A stretch of DNA of 33,215 bases, taken from positions 1 to 33,215 of the IMG/VR virus record IMGVR_UViG_3300008120_000681; one strand, written 5' to 3'. Each line of letters starts with the position of its first letter. Position 1 is the stretch's first letter. Origin of the DNA: a virus. Taxonomy: Duplodnaviria; Caudoviricetes. The position numbers were made by a program, and so were the translations under genes. Positions 8,886 through 18,340 of this stretch are shown here, piece by piece. Under the pieces are notes generated by a model, which saw nothing but the letters and a program-made list of their open reading frames with translations, did no database searches and had not been told where the DNA came from.

Positions 8886-9335
8886 TGTTGGGGCGGTGGT
8901 TTGGTATGTTTCCTTTCTGACATACCAGACCACAAATAGGAGAAAGACAATGGAAGTAGCCATCGCCTATGCAGAAGACATTGGTTTCTACCTGATCGAC
9001 CAGTTCTTCAATATCGTCAGCCCAATGATCTTTCCTGATTATGACTCTGTGCTTGACTACTGTGACAAGTATGAGTATATTGTTGTTAATGGAGACGACA
9101 ATGTATGACAAGCGCCAGAAGGTCATGGTTCACCGTGACGATCTAAAGAATGTGCAGGACATCATTGGATGGCAGAAAGTCCGTGATAACTCTATTCGTG
9201 GTGAATGGGTTATCATGTGGTTGACAAACGGACAAATCAATAATCTGGCTCGAAAAGGTGTCTGGGTAGAGCAATAAACGCTTGACAACCATTACAGTAA
9301 TGGTATGATCTATTATCAGATAAAGGAGAAGACAA

Positions 9336-9872
9336 ATGCCTAATTGGTGCCATAACAATCTCACGGTTTCTCATTCTGACCCTCTTATGGTTCAGAAGTT
9401 CGTCAAGGCTTGTGAAAGCAATGGTCTTTTTGGTGCTTTCCTTCCTACCCCTGTAGAACTTACTGAAATGTCTTCTCCGGTTTCTGATCCGAATATCTCA
9501 GCAGAAAACATCAAAAAGTATGGTTCTTCTGATTGGTATGACTGGAATGTCAACAATTGGGGAACAAAGTGGGATGTAGACAATCCAGGTCATGAAGTGT
9601 TTGGTGAAACTGTTACCACATCTTTTGATACTGCATGGTGGCCGCCGATTGAATTCTATGAGCATCTTAAGGAACTTGGATATACTGTAAGGGCAACATA
9701 TTTTGAGTATGACTTTGCTGGTGTTTGGACAGACGAAGATGGTGATGAATCAGTGGAATATGATTTCTCTGATGAAAATTGGCATGAAGGTTTGTCAGAA
9801 GATTTGGTAAGTATGCTCATGCCAGAGTATGAGAACTGGCTGATGTGGCAAGAGGAAGAGAACAAAGAATAA
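9336..9872 (+). CDS. YubB/DUF1281-like ferredoxin-fold protein
   Basis: MPNWCHN...DWYDWNVNNWGTKWD...FDTAWWPP signature. Confidence 0.75.
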   Translation: MPNWCHNNLTVSHSDPLMVQKFVKACESNGLFGAFLPTPVELTEMSSPVSDPNISAENIKKYGSSDWYDWNVNNWGTKWDVDNPGHEVFGETVTTSFDTAWWPPIEFYEHLKELGYTVRATYFEYDFAGVWTDEDGDESVEYDFSDENWHEGLSEDLVSMLMPEYENWLMWQEEENKE

Positions 9873-9876
9873 ATTT

Positions 9877-9903
9877 AAAGTGGCAGGAAACTGCCACTTT
9901 TTT
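9877..9903 (+). terminator. Rho-independent terminator
   Basis: AAAGTGGCAG-GAAA-CTGCCACTTT followed by a T run. Confidence 0.85.
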
Positions 9904-9975
9904 CTTTTAGTGTATTGACACTAATAATATATTAGAGTATTATCCAGTCATAGTCTTCAAACAGAGGAAAACACT

Positions 9976-10953
9976 ATGGGCGCTATTCGTGTCGCTAAAC
10001 ATCCTTGGCGGTTGACTCGTCGTCGTCGTGAGGCTCTTGGTATTCCCTATGATGTTATTGTCAACTATGCTGGTCTGCCTTTGGCCGATCCTCTGGTTGA
10101 TCCTACTGCCAAGTATGATCCCAATGCCTTCAATCCTGTCGAACAGCCTCGTGAAGCACCTGTGAACCATGTGAATTTCACGATCAAGGAAACGGACGAA
10201 GACATTGCTGCTCGTATCAATGAGCGTTTTGAAATCACTGAAACGCTTGTAGAGTCGTCTATTGCTGGTGACGCCACGGCTGTTATCATCTCTGGCGGTC
10301 CTGGTCTTGGCAAGTCCCATACCGTTACCAAGGTTCTCAAGGAGTGGGACAAGGAAGCAGAGCGCCATGTCTTCGTCAAGGGTTATGCCCGTGCCACGGG
10401 TCTTGTGAAGATGCTCTATGCCTACCGTCAGGCTAACACGGTTCTGGTGTTTGACGATTGCGACAACCTGTTCAAGGACGAACTGTCCATGAATATTCTT
10501 AAGGCGGTCTGTGACACGTCAGAAAGCCGGGTTGTGTCTTGGTTGTCAGAAGGTAAGCTGGTGGACGAAGAAACTGGTGAGAATATTCCTCGCCAGTTCG
10601 AATTCTGTGGTTCCACGATCTTTCTGACGAACCTTGATCTGGCGGCTATGGCCAAGTCCAGCCACAAGATGGCTGCTCATTGGGAAGCCCTGATGTCTCG
10701 TGGCTATTATGTGGACCTGTCCATCAAGAGCAAGCGGGACTATCTGGTCCGTATTCGTCAGGTCATCCAGCAGGGTATGCTGGACGGTATGAAGGACCAC
10801 GAGCAGCAGGACGTTATGGATTTCATTGAAGACAACTATATGAAGCTTCAAGAAATTTCTATTCGGACTGCGATCAAGATCGCCAAGGTTCGACGCAACA
10901 ATCCCAATAATTGGGAACGCATTTGCAAGTTGACTTGTTGTGTCAATCGGTGA
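9976..10953 (+). CDS. Phage AAA-family P-loop ATPase
   Basis: Walker A GGPGLGKS, Walker B LVFDDCD, ALMSR arginine-finger-like motif. Confidence 0.85.
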   Translation: MGAIRVAKHPWRLTRRRREALGIPYDVIVNYAGLPLADPLVDPTAKYDPNAFNPVEQPREAPVNHVNFTIKETDEDIAARINERFEITETLVESSIAGDATAVIISGGPGLGKSHTVTKVLKEWDKEAERHVFVKGYARATGLVKMLYAYRQANTVLVFDDCDNLFKDELSMNILKAVCDTSESRVVSWLSEGKLVDEETGENIPRQFEFCGSTIFLTNLDLAAMAKSSHKMAAHWEALMSRGYYVDLSIKSKRDYLVRIRQVIQQGMLDGMKDHEQQDVMDFIEDNYMKLQEISIRTAIKIAKVRRNNPNNWERICKLTCCVNR

Positions 10954-11001
10954 TATAGTAGGTGGCTGGTTAAGTCCAGCCACCTTCATTTGGAGATTTT
11001 A

Positions 11002-11880
11002 ATGGCGAATTATTATAACGAAATAGAACCATATGCCGCTCAATGGTTGAGAAATCTTATAGACAAAGGTCATATACCTGATGGGTATGTAGACACACGA
11101 TCTATTGTTGACGTTCAACCAGAAGACCTAAAAGAGTTTACACAGTGCCACTTTTTTGCTGGCATTGGTGGTTGGTCATATGCTCTAAAATTAGCAGGAT
11201 GGAATGATGACAGACAAGTATTCACGGGATCATGTCCCTGCCAGCCCTTCAGCCAAGCAGGAAAAGGCAAAGGGGTCAGTGACGAACGGCATCTTTGGCC
11301 CCACTTTTTTCGACTCATCGTATCTTGTCGCCCACAAGTCGTCATGGGTGAACAGGTTGCAGGAGAGGCTGGCTATGGTTGGTTCGATGGAGTTAAAGCT
11401 GACCTGGAAAGCGAAAACTACACCTGCGAAGGGGTTGATATTCCGGCTGGCAGCATCAACGCTCCGCACATCAGACAAAGACTCTACTGGTATGCGAAAG
11501 TCAACATGGCCGACACCAAGGACGACGGATGTAAACGACGGGCGGATTTTGAACGAGAAGGGGCAGAGAACGAACAAGGCTGGAACGCAGACTTACGGAG
11601 CCAATCTGTCGGATTTGGTGAAGACAACATGGCCAACCCCGACGACCAGGGATTGGAAGGACGGGAGCTATTGTCCGAATGTTCCAGAGAATTCTCTACT
11701 TGGACGGACGGTATGGAATGGCGACAATCAACAGACGGAAAAATCAGGCGCACTAAATCCGGCATTCGCTTGTTGGTTGATGGGGTTCCCTCAAGAGTGG
11801 GACGATTGCGCTCCTATGGTAATGCCATCGTCCCGCAACTCGCAGCCCAAGTAGTCAAGTCTTTCATGGAAACAGAATAG
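11002..11880 (+). CDS. DNA (cytosine-5)-methyltransferase, alpha polypeptide
   Basis: FFAGIGG (motif I), GSCPCQPFS (IV), EQV (VI), PHIRQRLY (VIII), YGNAIVP (X); GGAG RBS before ATG at 11002. Confidence 0.9.
   Translation: MANYYNEIEPYAAQWLRNLIDKGHIPDGYVDTRSIVDVQPEDLKEFTQCHFFAGIGGWSYALKLAGWNDDRQVFTGSCPCQPFSQAGKGKGVSDERHLWPHFFRLIVSCRPQVVMGEQVAGEAGYGWFDGVKADLESENYTCEGVDIPAGSINAPHIRQRLYWYAKVNMADTKDDGCKRRADFEREGAENEQGWNADLRSQSVGFGEDNMANPDDQGLEGRELLSECSREFSTWTDGMEWRQSTDGKIRRTKSGIRLLVDGVPSRVGRLRSYGNAIVPQLAAQVVKSFMETE
11204..11854 (+). CDS. Putative methyltransferase beta polypeptide nested in an alternative frame (start uncertain)
   Basis: 216 open codons with two WPTP repeats and LNPAFACWLMGFP (motif IX-like segment absent from the alpha frame); same architecture as M.EcoHK31I. 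Confidence 0.7.
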   Translation: MMTDKYSRDHVPASPSAKQEKAKGSVTNGIFGPTFFDSSYLVAHKSSWVNRLQERLAMVGSMELKLTWKAKTTPAKGLIFRLAASTLRTSDKDSTGMRKSTWPTPRTTDVNDGRILNEKGQRTNKAGTQTYGANLSDLVKTTWPTPTTRDWKDGSYCPNVPENSLLGRTVWNGDNQQTEKSGALNPAFACWLMGFPQEWDDCAPMVMPSSRNSQPK

Positions 11881-12922
11881 CATGAATATAAGGATAACAA
11901 TACCTAGAGGATATCCTTTATATGCTTTCGTGCCAGAATGGGTCATCATTCTGGTATTGACGTTGGTCAGTGCCTATGTTATGCTGTTGGTCAAATATGG
12001 AACTGTGAGGGTTAACTGATGAAGATCGAATGTGAATATGAAGTCACCAGAAAAGAAAAAGTAGTATTTGAAGCAGATGATCGTGTCTATGATGAAGATA
12101 CCAAGGTATGGAAAATTGCTAATATTATTTTGGAGAAAAGATTAGAAAATTTACGACATGATATGTATAGTGATAATGTCAGTGTAGTTGAATATAATAT
12201 TGGCAAGATCAATGAAGCATTTATAATGGCTGATGAAATCTTGGAGTTGTGAAATGAAGGTCATTCATCAAGGAATTGTTAAAGTAAGAGATATCCTTGT
12301 CTTCAAACAGTCGGCTGGTATTACTCTGATGGAGATTGATACTGTTGCCAAACATGCTGTAATGTGGTATTCTATAGGTCAGTTTCAAGGTATGAAAGGT
12401 ATCTTTCTTCACTATGATATTGATGAAGATACTCTCAATTATACTAATAGTGATGGAGACGGTGTAACTGAAGTCTTTCTGGAAGGGGATTGGGATGTTT
12501 GGTCTTGTAATCATTCTAGATACACAACCCGTCTTGCTCTTTATAGGACGTAGTAATTATGAATAATTTTTTCTGTAGTAGATAAAAAACTATTGATTTC
12601 AGACTATATATTTGATATACTGATTGATGGAGGTCATCATGAGATATCGTAGACAAATATATAAGGTAATATACACGGTAAAGACTAATAGAGGATTTAT
12701 TGTGGATATGTCACGTAGGTTCTCTACATTCACAGAAGCGTATGCGTTTATACAAGAGTTAAAATACTCTGGTAAATTGGTAGGCAAACCTGAACTAGGA
12801 GGATGACATGAAGAACATCGTTGGTCGTTTTAACTCTACCACTGGTAAGTGGGAGTATGGTTATTATTATAACTCACGGTTTTATATCGTAACAGAAGTA
12901 AAGAACTAAAAAGGAAAAAAAG

Positions 12923-13345
12923 ATGCTACCAATAACAACAATAATAATTGCATCTGTAATAGCAAACAGTAGTATAATATACACATCTTGTAATGATGAC
13001 GGTGGTGATTTGCCTGACTGTATTCGTAGGGCAAATGATATGCCACCAGGTCATCGTATTCCCCCTGGGGCTTATAGCTCTGGGGGGACTTTTATCCTAA
13101 AAGATGCTGGTTGTGTATCAAAGTTCACCGTTTTTCGTTTTCATTCAGCATTTTATGGTGAAGATGTATACCATGTAAGACAATTAGCTAACAATCAACC
13201 ACAGATTGATATGTTAGAACAATATCCACGTCTTACCAAATATCTTGAAGAATCCGGTGCCTTTACTAAGGCATATCCTATGACTGAATTAAATGGTGAA
13301 CAGATACATGAACTGACTGGACTTCCAATATGCGAAGATCTCTAA
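12923..13345 (+). CDS. Exported hypothetical protein, possibly ClpP/crotonase-like fold
   Basis: Hydrophobic N-terminus; GAYSSGGTFIL...C...FRFHSA is only a weak resemblance. Confidence 0.4.
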   Translation: MLPITTIIIASVIANSSIIYTSCNDDGGDLPDCIRRANDMPPGHRIPPGAYSSGGTFILKDAGCVSKFTVFRFHSAFYGEDVYHVRQLANNQPQIDMLEQYPRLTKYLEESGAFTKAYPMTELNGEQIHELTGLPICEDL

Positions 13346-13384
13346 ATAGGAATGCCTACAAGGCAATTCTGAAAGGAGATTATA

Positions 13385-13606
13385 ATGATAAAGAATTTCT
13401 CAGTCAACTGGAAAACTACTGTAATGGGACTTATTCCATTGTTTGCATACGGGTTAAAGTATGCAGGAGTTTGGCCAGAGTCTATGCCACTTCCTCCATT
13501 TGATGAAGTATGGCCATTTCTGTTCTCACTTGCTGGTATTGGTGCTGCTGCCAAGGATGGTAATGTTACTAATGCATCGCATCCAAGTGATCCAACAGTT
13601 CTATAA
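13385..13606 (+). CDS. Putative holin / small two-helix membrane protein
   Basis: NWKTTVMG...two hydrophobic segments...AKD; late-type CTAAATA at 13342-13348; adjacent to the spanins. Confidence 0.5.
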   Translation: MIKNFSVNWKTTVMGLIPLFAYGLKYAGVWPESMPLPPFDEVWPFLFSLAGIGAAAKDGNVTNASHPSDPTVL

Positions 13607-13611
13607 GAATT

Positions 13612-13637
13612 AGGGGAGCTTAGTGCTCCCCTTTTTT
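13612..13637 (+). terminator. Terminator between convergent genes
   Basis: AGGGGAGC-TTAGT-GCTCCCCT followed by a T run. Confidence 0.8.
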
Positions 13638-13919
13638 ATTAATTGCATCAGCGTCTTTTAGAAACTTTCTAATTGATTCTATGGAACTTTTACATGTTAT
13701 ATTATTCTTATATAAAGTAACAATAGTTTTGGCAACTTGGGCGTCTGTTAATGTTTTCCAATCAGGAAATTCTTTCAAAACAGGACAGTGATACATTGCA
13801 TCCGCTGGATGCACCACCATATATTTGTATGTTGTCAATACTTGAGTTTGATCGTTACAACTAATTAGAAGGAGGCTGGTCAGTGTTATGGTCGCCCACT
13901 TGGTCAATGAGTTGGTCAT
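13620..13919 (-). CDS. Putative o-spanin (Rz1-like lipoprotein)
   Basis: Signal peptide with lipobox LLISC and two further Cys; overlaps the end of the upstream TM/coiled-coil gene. Confidence 0.7.
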   Translation of the reverse strand: MTNSLTKWATITLTSLLLISCNDQTQVLTTYKYMVVHPADAMYHCPVLKEFPDWKTLTDAQVAKTIVTLYKNNITCKSSIESIRKFLKDADAINKKGEH

Positions 13920-14287
13920 TGTGTTGGTCCCTTTAATGATTTAAATACATCTTTCAATAAATCAGATGCTTTAGATGCTGGTTTCTTTTCAATATCAATT
14001 TCTATTTGTTTTAGTTTAGTTTCAAGTTTTTCTCTTTCGTTTACAAGTTCTTGAACATATTGATCTCTTTTTTCGCCAATTTCTTGTAAACGCTGTAATT
14101 GTAAATCTTTTTCCTTGACAAGAAACTCTAATTGTCGTATATTGTTTTCTTGAAGTGCTCTTTGTCTTTCGTTGTCCAGAGACTTGGTATAAATCTTAAA
14201 TATGGCAATACCAAGACCAAAGGATAATATCAGAATGACTATATAATTAATGCTACCTGATGTGATAAGTGATAATAAAATTTCCAT
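13916..14287 (-). CDS. Putative i-spanin (Rz-like)
   Basis: N-terminal TM helix followed by a long coiled coil; GGAGG RBS; late promoter upstream. Confidence 0.7.
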   Translation of the reverse strand: MEILLSLITSGSINYIVILILSFGLGIAIFKIYTKSLDNERQRALQENNIRQLEFLVKEKDLQLQRLQEIGEKRDQYVQELVNEREKLETKLKQIEIDIEKKPASKASDLLKDVFKSLKGPTQ

Positions 14288-14311
14288 GACAACCTCCGTA
14301 ATTAGACGGAG

Positions 14312-14319
14312 TATTTATA
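14312..14319 (-). promoter_or_regulatory. T4-type late promoter TATAAATA
   Basis: TATTTATA on the + strand, about 25 nt upstream of the i-spanin start. Confidence 0.7.
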
Positions 14320-15005
14320 AGGAGAATGATAATGTTCAAGATTACAGAAGAAACCCGTAATGCCGCTATTGAAGCAATGAAGGAAATCTTTCTAAAGGCT
14401 GACGATGGCGCAAAACTTGGCGATTATGAAATTGGTCAGGCATTTGACGTTGCTGTTGACATTGTAAAGAAGCAGTTTGGTATGTAATGTATAAAAGAGA
14501 CAAATGGGAGAAGATTAAAAATCTTATCAATGCTGACATTGCCCATGCTGTCCATTATTCGAGTGACAAACTATATGAACATAGTGTGTCACTTCGTTAT
14601 TTAAAATATATGGAAGCAATAGAAATAGAAGAGGATTGGTATAAAGAATATTTAAGGTATATGGAGCAGGGACTATCGTGAAACTTATGAGAGTCTTAGA
14701 CAAAAAAATGATTATGAATGATGGGTATCAACCAGAACTTATTCTAACAATAGCGTTTCCTATGGAAATTGCTAAAGATGAGTCAGAAGTTATTTCTGGC
14801 GAAGAGTTTGTAAGACAACTTAACGAAGCAATAGAAGAATATGATGAGGAAGTAGAATAATGCATAGGTATAAACATCTTGAGTGGCCACGCCATCCATA
14901 TAAGGTGATGTCTAAACATGTTTGGAAATGGGCATGGACTAGATCATTGCCTATGAGATGGAGAGTTATTCGTGCAAATAATTTCCAGAGAAATTGGAGA
15001 ACAAA

Positions 15006-16697
15006 ATGAAATACACAGCACCAGTAGAGTCAACAACATTTCTTCTTCGTGATGTTCTAAAGTTTGATAATGAACTAACAGAACCTATTCTAAATGAAGC
15101 AGCAAAACTATGTGAAGAAGTTATTGCTCCTGTTAATCAGGAAGGTGATGAAGACGGTTGTCAGTATTGGCACAATACTGTAGGAGATTCTAGTTATCCT
15201 GAAATATATATTCCTGTTTGTTTCCATGACCCATGGGAAAAGTTTAGAGACGGAGGATGGATTGGTTTATCAATTCCTGAACGGTTTGGTGGACAGGGTT
15301 TACCGTTTACACTTGCGGTTGCTGCCAACGAATATGTATCCTCGTCTTGCATGGCTTTCTCTTTGTATCCTGGCATTACTCGTGCAGCTATACAGACCCT
15401 ATTAGTATCTGGTTCAGAATATCAGAAAGCAGAGTTCATTCCTAAATTAGTGACTGGTGAATGGACAGGAACAATGTGTTTGACAGAACCACATTGCGGA
15501 ACTGATCTTGGATTGTTGAAGACCAAAGCAATTCAAGATGACGCTGCTGGTGGTTATAGAATCACTGGTCAAAAGATTTTTATTACTGGTGGTGAACATG
15601 ATTTGACTGATAACATTCTACATCTTGTTCTTGCAAGAGTTGAAGGTGATCCAGAAGGTGTAAAAGGTATTAGTTTGTTTGCTGTGCCTAAGTTTTGGAT
15701 GAACGACGACAAGAAGATTCGTAATAATGTCTCTTGTGGTTCTATTGAAGATAAAATGGGTATTCATGGTTCACCAACTTGCCAGATGTTTTTTGATAAC
15801 GCAATTGGCATTCTTGTTGGTGAAAGATGCCGTGGTCTAAATGCCATGTTTGTTATGATGAATGAACTAAGACTTGGATGTGCGGTACAAGGTCTATCAC
15901 AATCGGAGTTGGCTTATCAGAATGCTTTGGAATATGCTAAAGAACGCAAGCAAGGAACTTCTATGGTTCATCGTGATAGTGGCACTGTTCCTATTATATT
16001 GCATCCTGACGTTCGCCGTATGCTCCTTGATGTTAAATGCATCAACGAAGCTAGTAGGTTACTTATTCTAGAAGCTGCAATGCTTGTTGACGATCAATCG
16101 GATGAAGCGCAGGATCGTCTTGGTCTAATGACTCCTGTTCTTAAAGGTGTTATTACTGATTATGGTGTTGAGAATGCTATCAAGATGCAGCAAGTATGGG
16201 GTGGCCATGGTTACGTTCGTGACAATGGCATGGAGCAGATTGTCCGTGATGCTCGTATTGCCATGGTATATGAAGGTGCTAATGGTATTCAGGCACTAGA
16301 CTTGGTTGGTCGTAAGTTGCCAAAGAATATGGGTCGTGCTATTACACGGTTCTTCAAGGACAGTGCAACATTCTTGACCAGTTCTTATGATAAAGGCATC
16401 AATCATATTGTCCAGCCAGTAACAGTAGGATTGAATGAACTAAAGCAAGCAACTGAATGGTTAGCAGAAAATGGTTTGAAGAATCCTAATGATGCGGGTG
16501 GTGCTTCGTATGATTATATGAAGATGTTTGGACTGGTGTTGCTTGGTATGGCACATATAAAGATTTGTCTTGCTACTGACGATAAGGATAGACACAACAC
16601 CGCAGAATACTTTATGAACCGTATTCTACCAGAAACAAGTATGCTATTGAAGCGTATGCGCTTTGGAAGTGAGACGATGATGAAGGCGAACCTGTGA
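15006..16697 (+). CDS. Acyl-CoA dehydrogenase (FadE/DmdC-like long type)
   Basis: MKYTAP start, GGQGLP, TMCLTEPHCGTDL, GQKIFITGG, KMGIHGSPTC, GGHGY, YEGANGIQALDL. Confidence 0.95.
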   Translation: MKYTAPVESTTFLLRDVLKFDNELTEPILNEAAKLCEEVIAPVNQEGDEDGCQYWHNTVGDSSYPEIYIPVCFHDPWEKFRDGGWIGLSIPERFGGQGLPFTLAVAANEYVSSSCMAFSLYPGITRAAIQTLLVSGSEYQKAEFIPKLVTGEWTGTMCLTEPHCGTDLGLLKTKAIQDDAAGGYRITGQKIFITGGEHDLTDNILHLVLARVEGDPEGVKGISLFAVPKFWMNDDKKIRNNVSCGSIEDKMGIHGSPTCQMFFDNAIGILVGERCRGLNAMFVMMNELRLGCAVQGLSQSELAYQNALEYAKERKQGTSMVHRDSGTVPIILHPDVRRMLLDVKCINEASRLLILEAAMLVDDQSDEAQDRLGLMTPVLKGVITDYGVENAIKMQQVWGGHGYVRDNGMEQIVRDARIAMVYEGANGIQALDLVGRKLPKNMGRAITRFFKDSATFLTSSYDKGINHIVQPVTVGLNELKQATEWLAENGLKNPNDAGGASYDYMKMFGLVLLGMAHIKICLATDDKDRHNTAEYFMNRILPETSMLLKRMRFGSETMMKANL

Positions 16698-17301
16698 CAC
16701 ATATACCATTGTTCAAAGTTGAAAAGATAAACAATCGTGCTTGGGGCGTTTATCAACGAGACTTTGGTTCTGCTGGTGGATGGGTGTTTGTAGTTGCTTA
16801 CCATACCGAAGAAGAAGCACAAAACTTTGTTATGAAACAATGATGAAGGCAGACCTATGATGACTATGGATGAAAAGATAAAATGCACGTTGGAGGTCGT
16901 TTTGGAATCTTTGAGGAGACCAACATATTGTCATCTTGAAATAGGTTTCAGACACACACCTCTATCTCAAAAAGAGATTATTGAAAGATACGAAGAAACT
17001 TGTATCCTTGCAGCAAGATATATAGAAGAACTGCTAAAAGAAATCAATAAAGTTGAAGGCTGAGATATAATATGAGTAAATCTTGTGATTTTACTATGGT
17101 GAGGCAAGTAATTGACAAGGACGGAACACGTTGGGGATTCCAATTCTATAAGAAATCTGCCTTACCTGACCTAACAGGTTATGTTTGTTTAGGTGTTCGC
17201 AAAGATGGTATGGAAGAATGGGTGCCTGAACAACAATACAAAGGTTGGAAAAGAATCTTTGATAAAAACCATGGAGATTCAGATGATATCGGAGTTATAA
17301 T

Positions 17302-17490
17302 ATGAATAATTATGATATGAGCATACATCGTAATCCTGATGCTGTAGCATGGGCAAAGTTTTTTATTGAAACAACAAAAGATATGGATCGTGATACGTTT
17401 CGTAACGAAGCATATATGACTACATGGTTTGCTAATGCTATGATGGCCATGCACGATCATATTCAATATGAAATGGATAAAGACCTATGA
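17302..17490 (+). CDS. Hypothetical protein
   Basis: DAVAWAKFF...TWFANAMMAMHD; GGAG RBS. Confidence 0.65.
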   Translation: MNNYDMSIHRNPDAVAWAKFFIETTKDMDRDTFRNEAYMTTWFANAMMAMHDHIQYEMDKDL

Positions 17491-18340
17491 CAGAATACTA
17501 TTATCCTAATGAAGTCAAAATCGTTGTAGAGAATGGTAAGCGAGTTGCTTATCTTAAAGATAACTGGCGAGAGATTAGAGAAAAGAATGAACGCAAAACA
17601 TCACCAGCGGTGTTGCGTGATACCAAAGTTCCCTGGTCTTTCTGGAAGCCATTGAACTACTATTGGGGAGCATGATATGATTTTACAGAATGAAAAACTA
17701 AACGCTATAATTAACGATGTGCCAAAAGAAAACGTGGAAAACAAAATGAACTGTCTGTTCCTTTTTGGCCTTCTAGAAAAGGTTCTATCTGAAAAAGATG
17801 AAGCAATGAGAAATCAGCGCCTCAATGATATGAAAAACATTTTAGAGTGGAAAGAGACATGATCTTTGACTATAAAGAAGATATTTGTAAATATGTGGTT
17901 CACTCCAAGAGGAGTGGAAACGAGTTCGCCATTTCATTTGCCTCCATGGATGAAGTGGCGAACTATGTTGAAACAGAACAAAATGTAACTGGTGTGTGGA
18001 AAGTTGTAGCACAAAAGATACCACCAGAAGTTTATACTAGAAGGGTTAAACATGAGCCATGATCGCTGGTTAAATACTTTCTGTAACTTTGACTTTGGTG
18101 ATCGGTCTGAAAGATTGTTTGATGGACACGATTTTAAACTATTTGCCAAGACAGTTCGTAGTATAAACAGTAAAATTACAGCAAAATCAATCAGACAGTT
18201 ATATTCTGGTTCTGTGTATCCTAATCTAGAATTGTATCTAGAAATTGAAAAGAGATTGAGAAATGTATGATGAAAATTTTTAGCTTGACATTCCGAATCA
18301 AATATAGTATTATATACATACTGGAAGCAGAAAGAAAGGC

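Noticed and set aside
8460-11765. Long antisense ORFs (8460-8963, 9940-10368, 10546-10989, 11230-11577 and others)
   Set aside because: They lie opposite well-supported genes, lack RBS and motifs, and are explained by codon bias.
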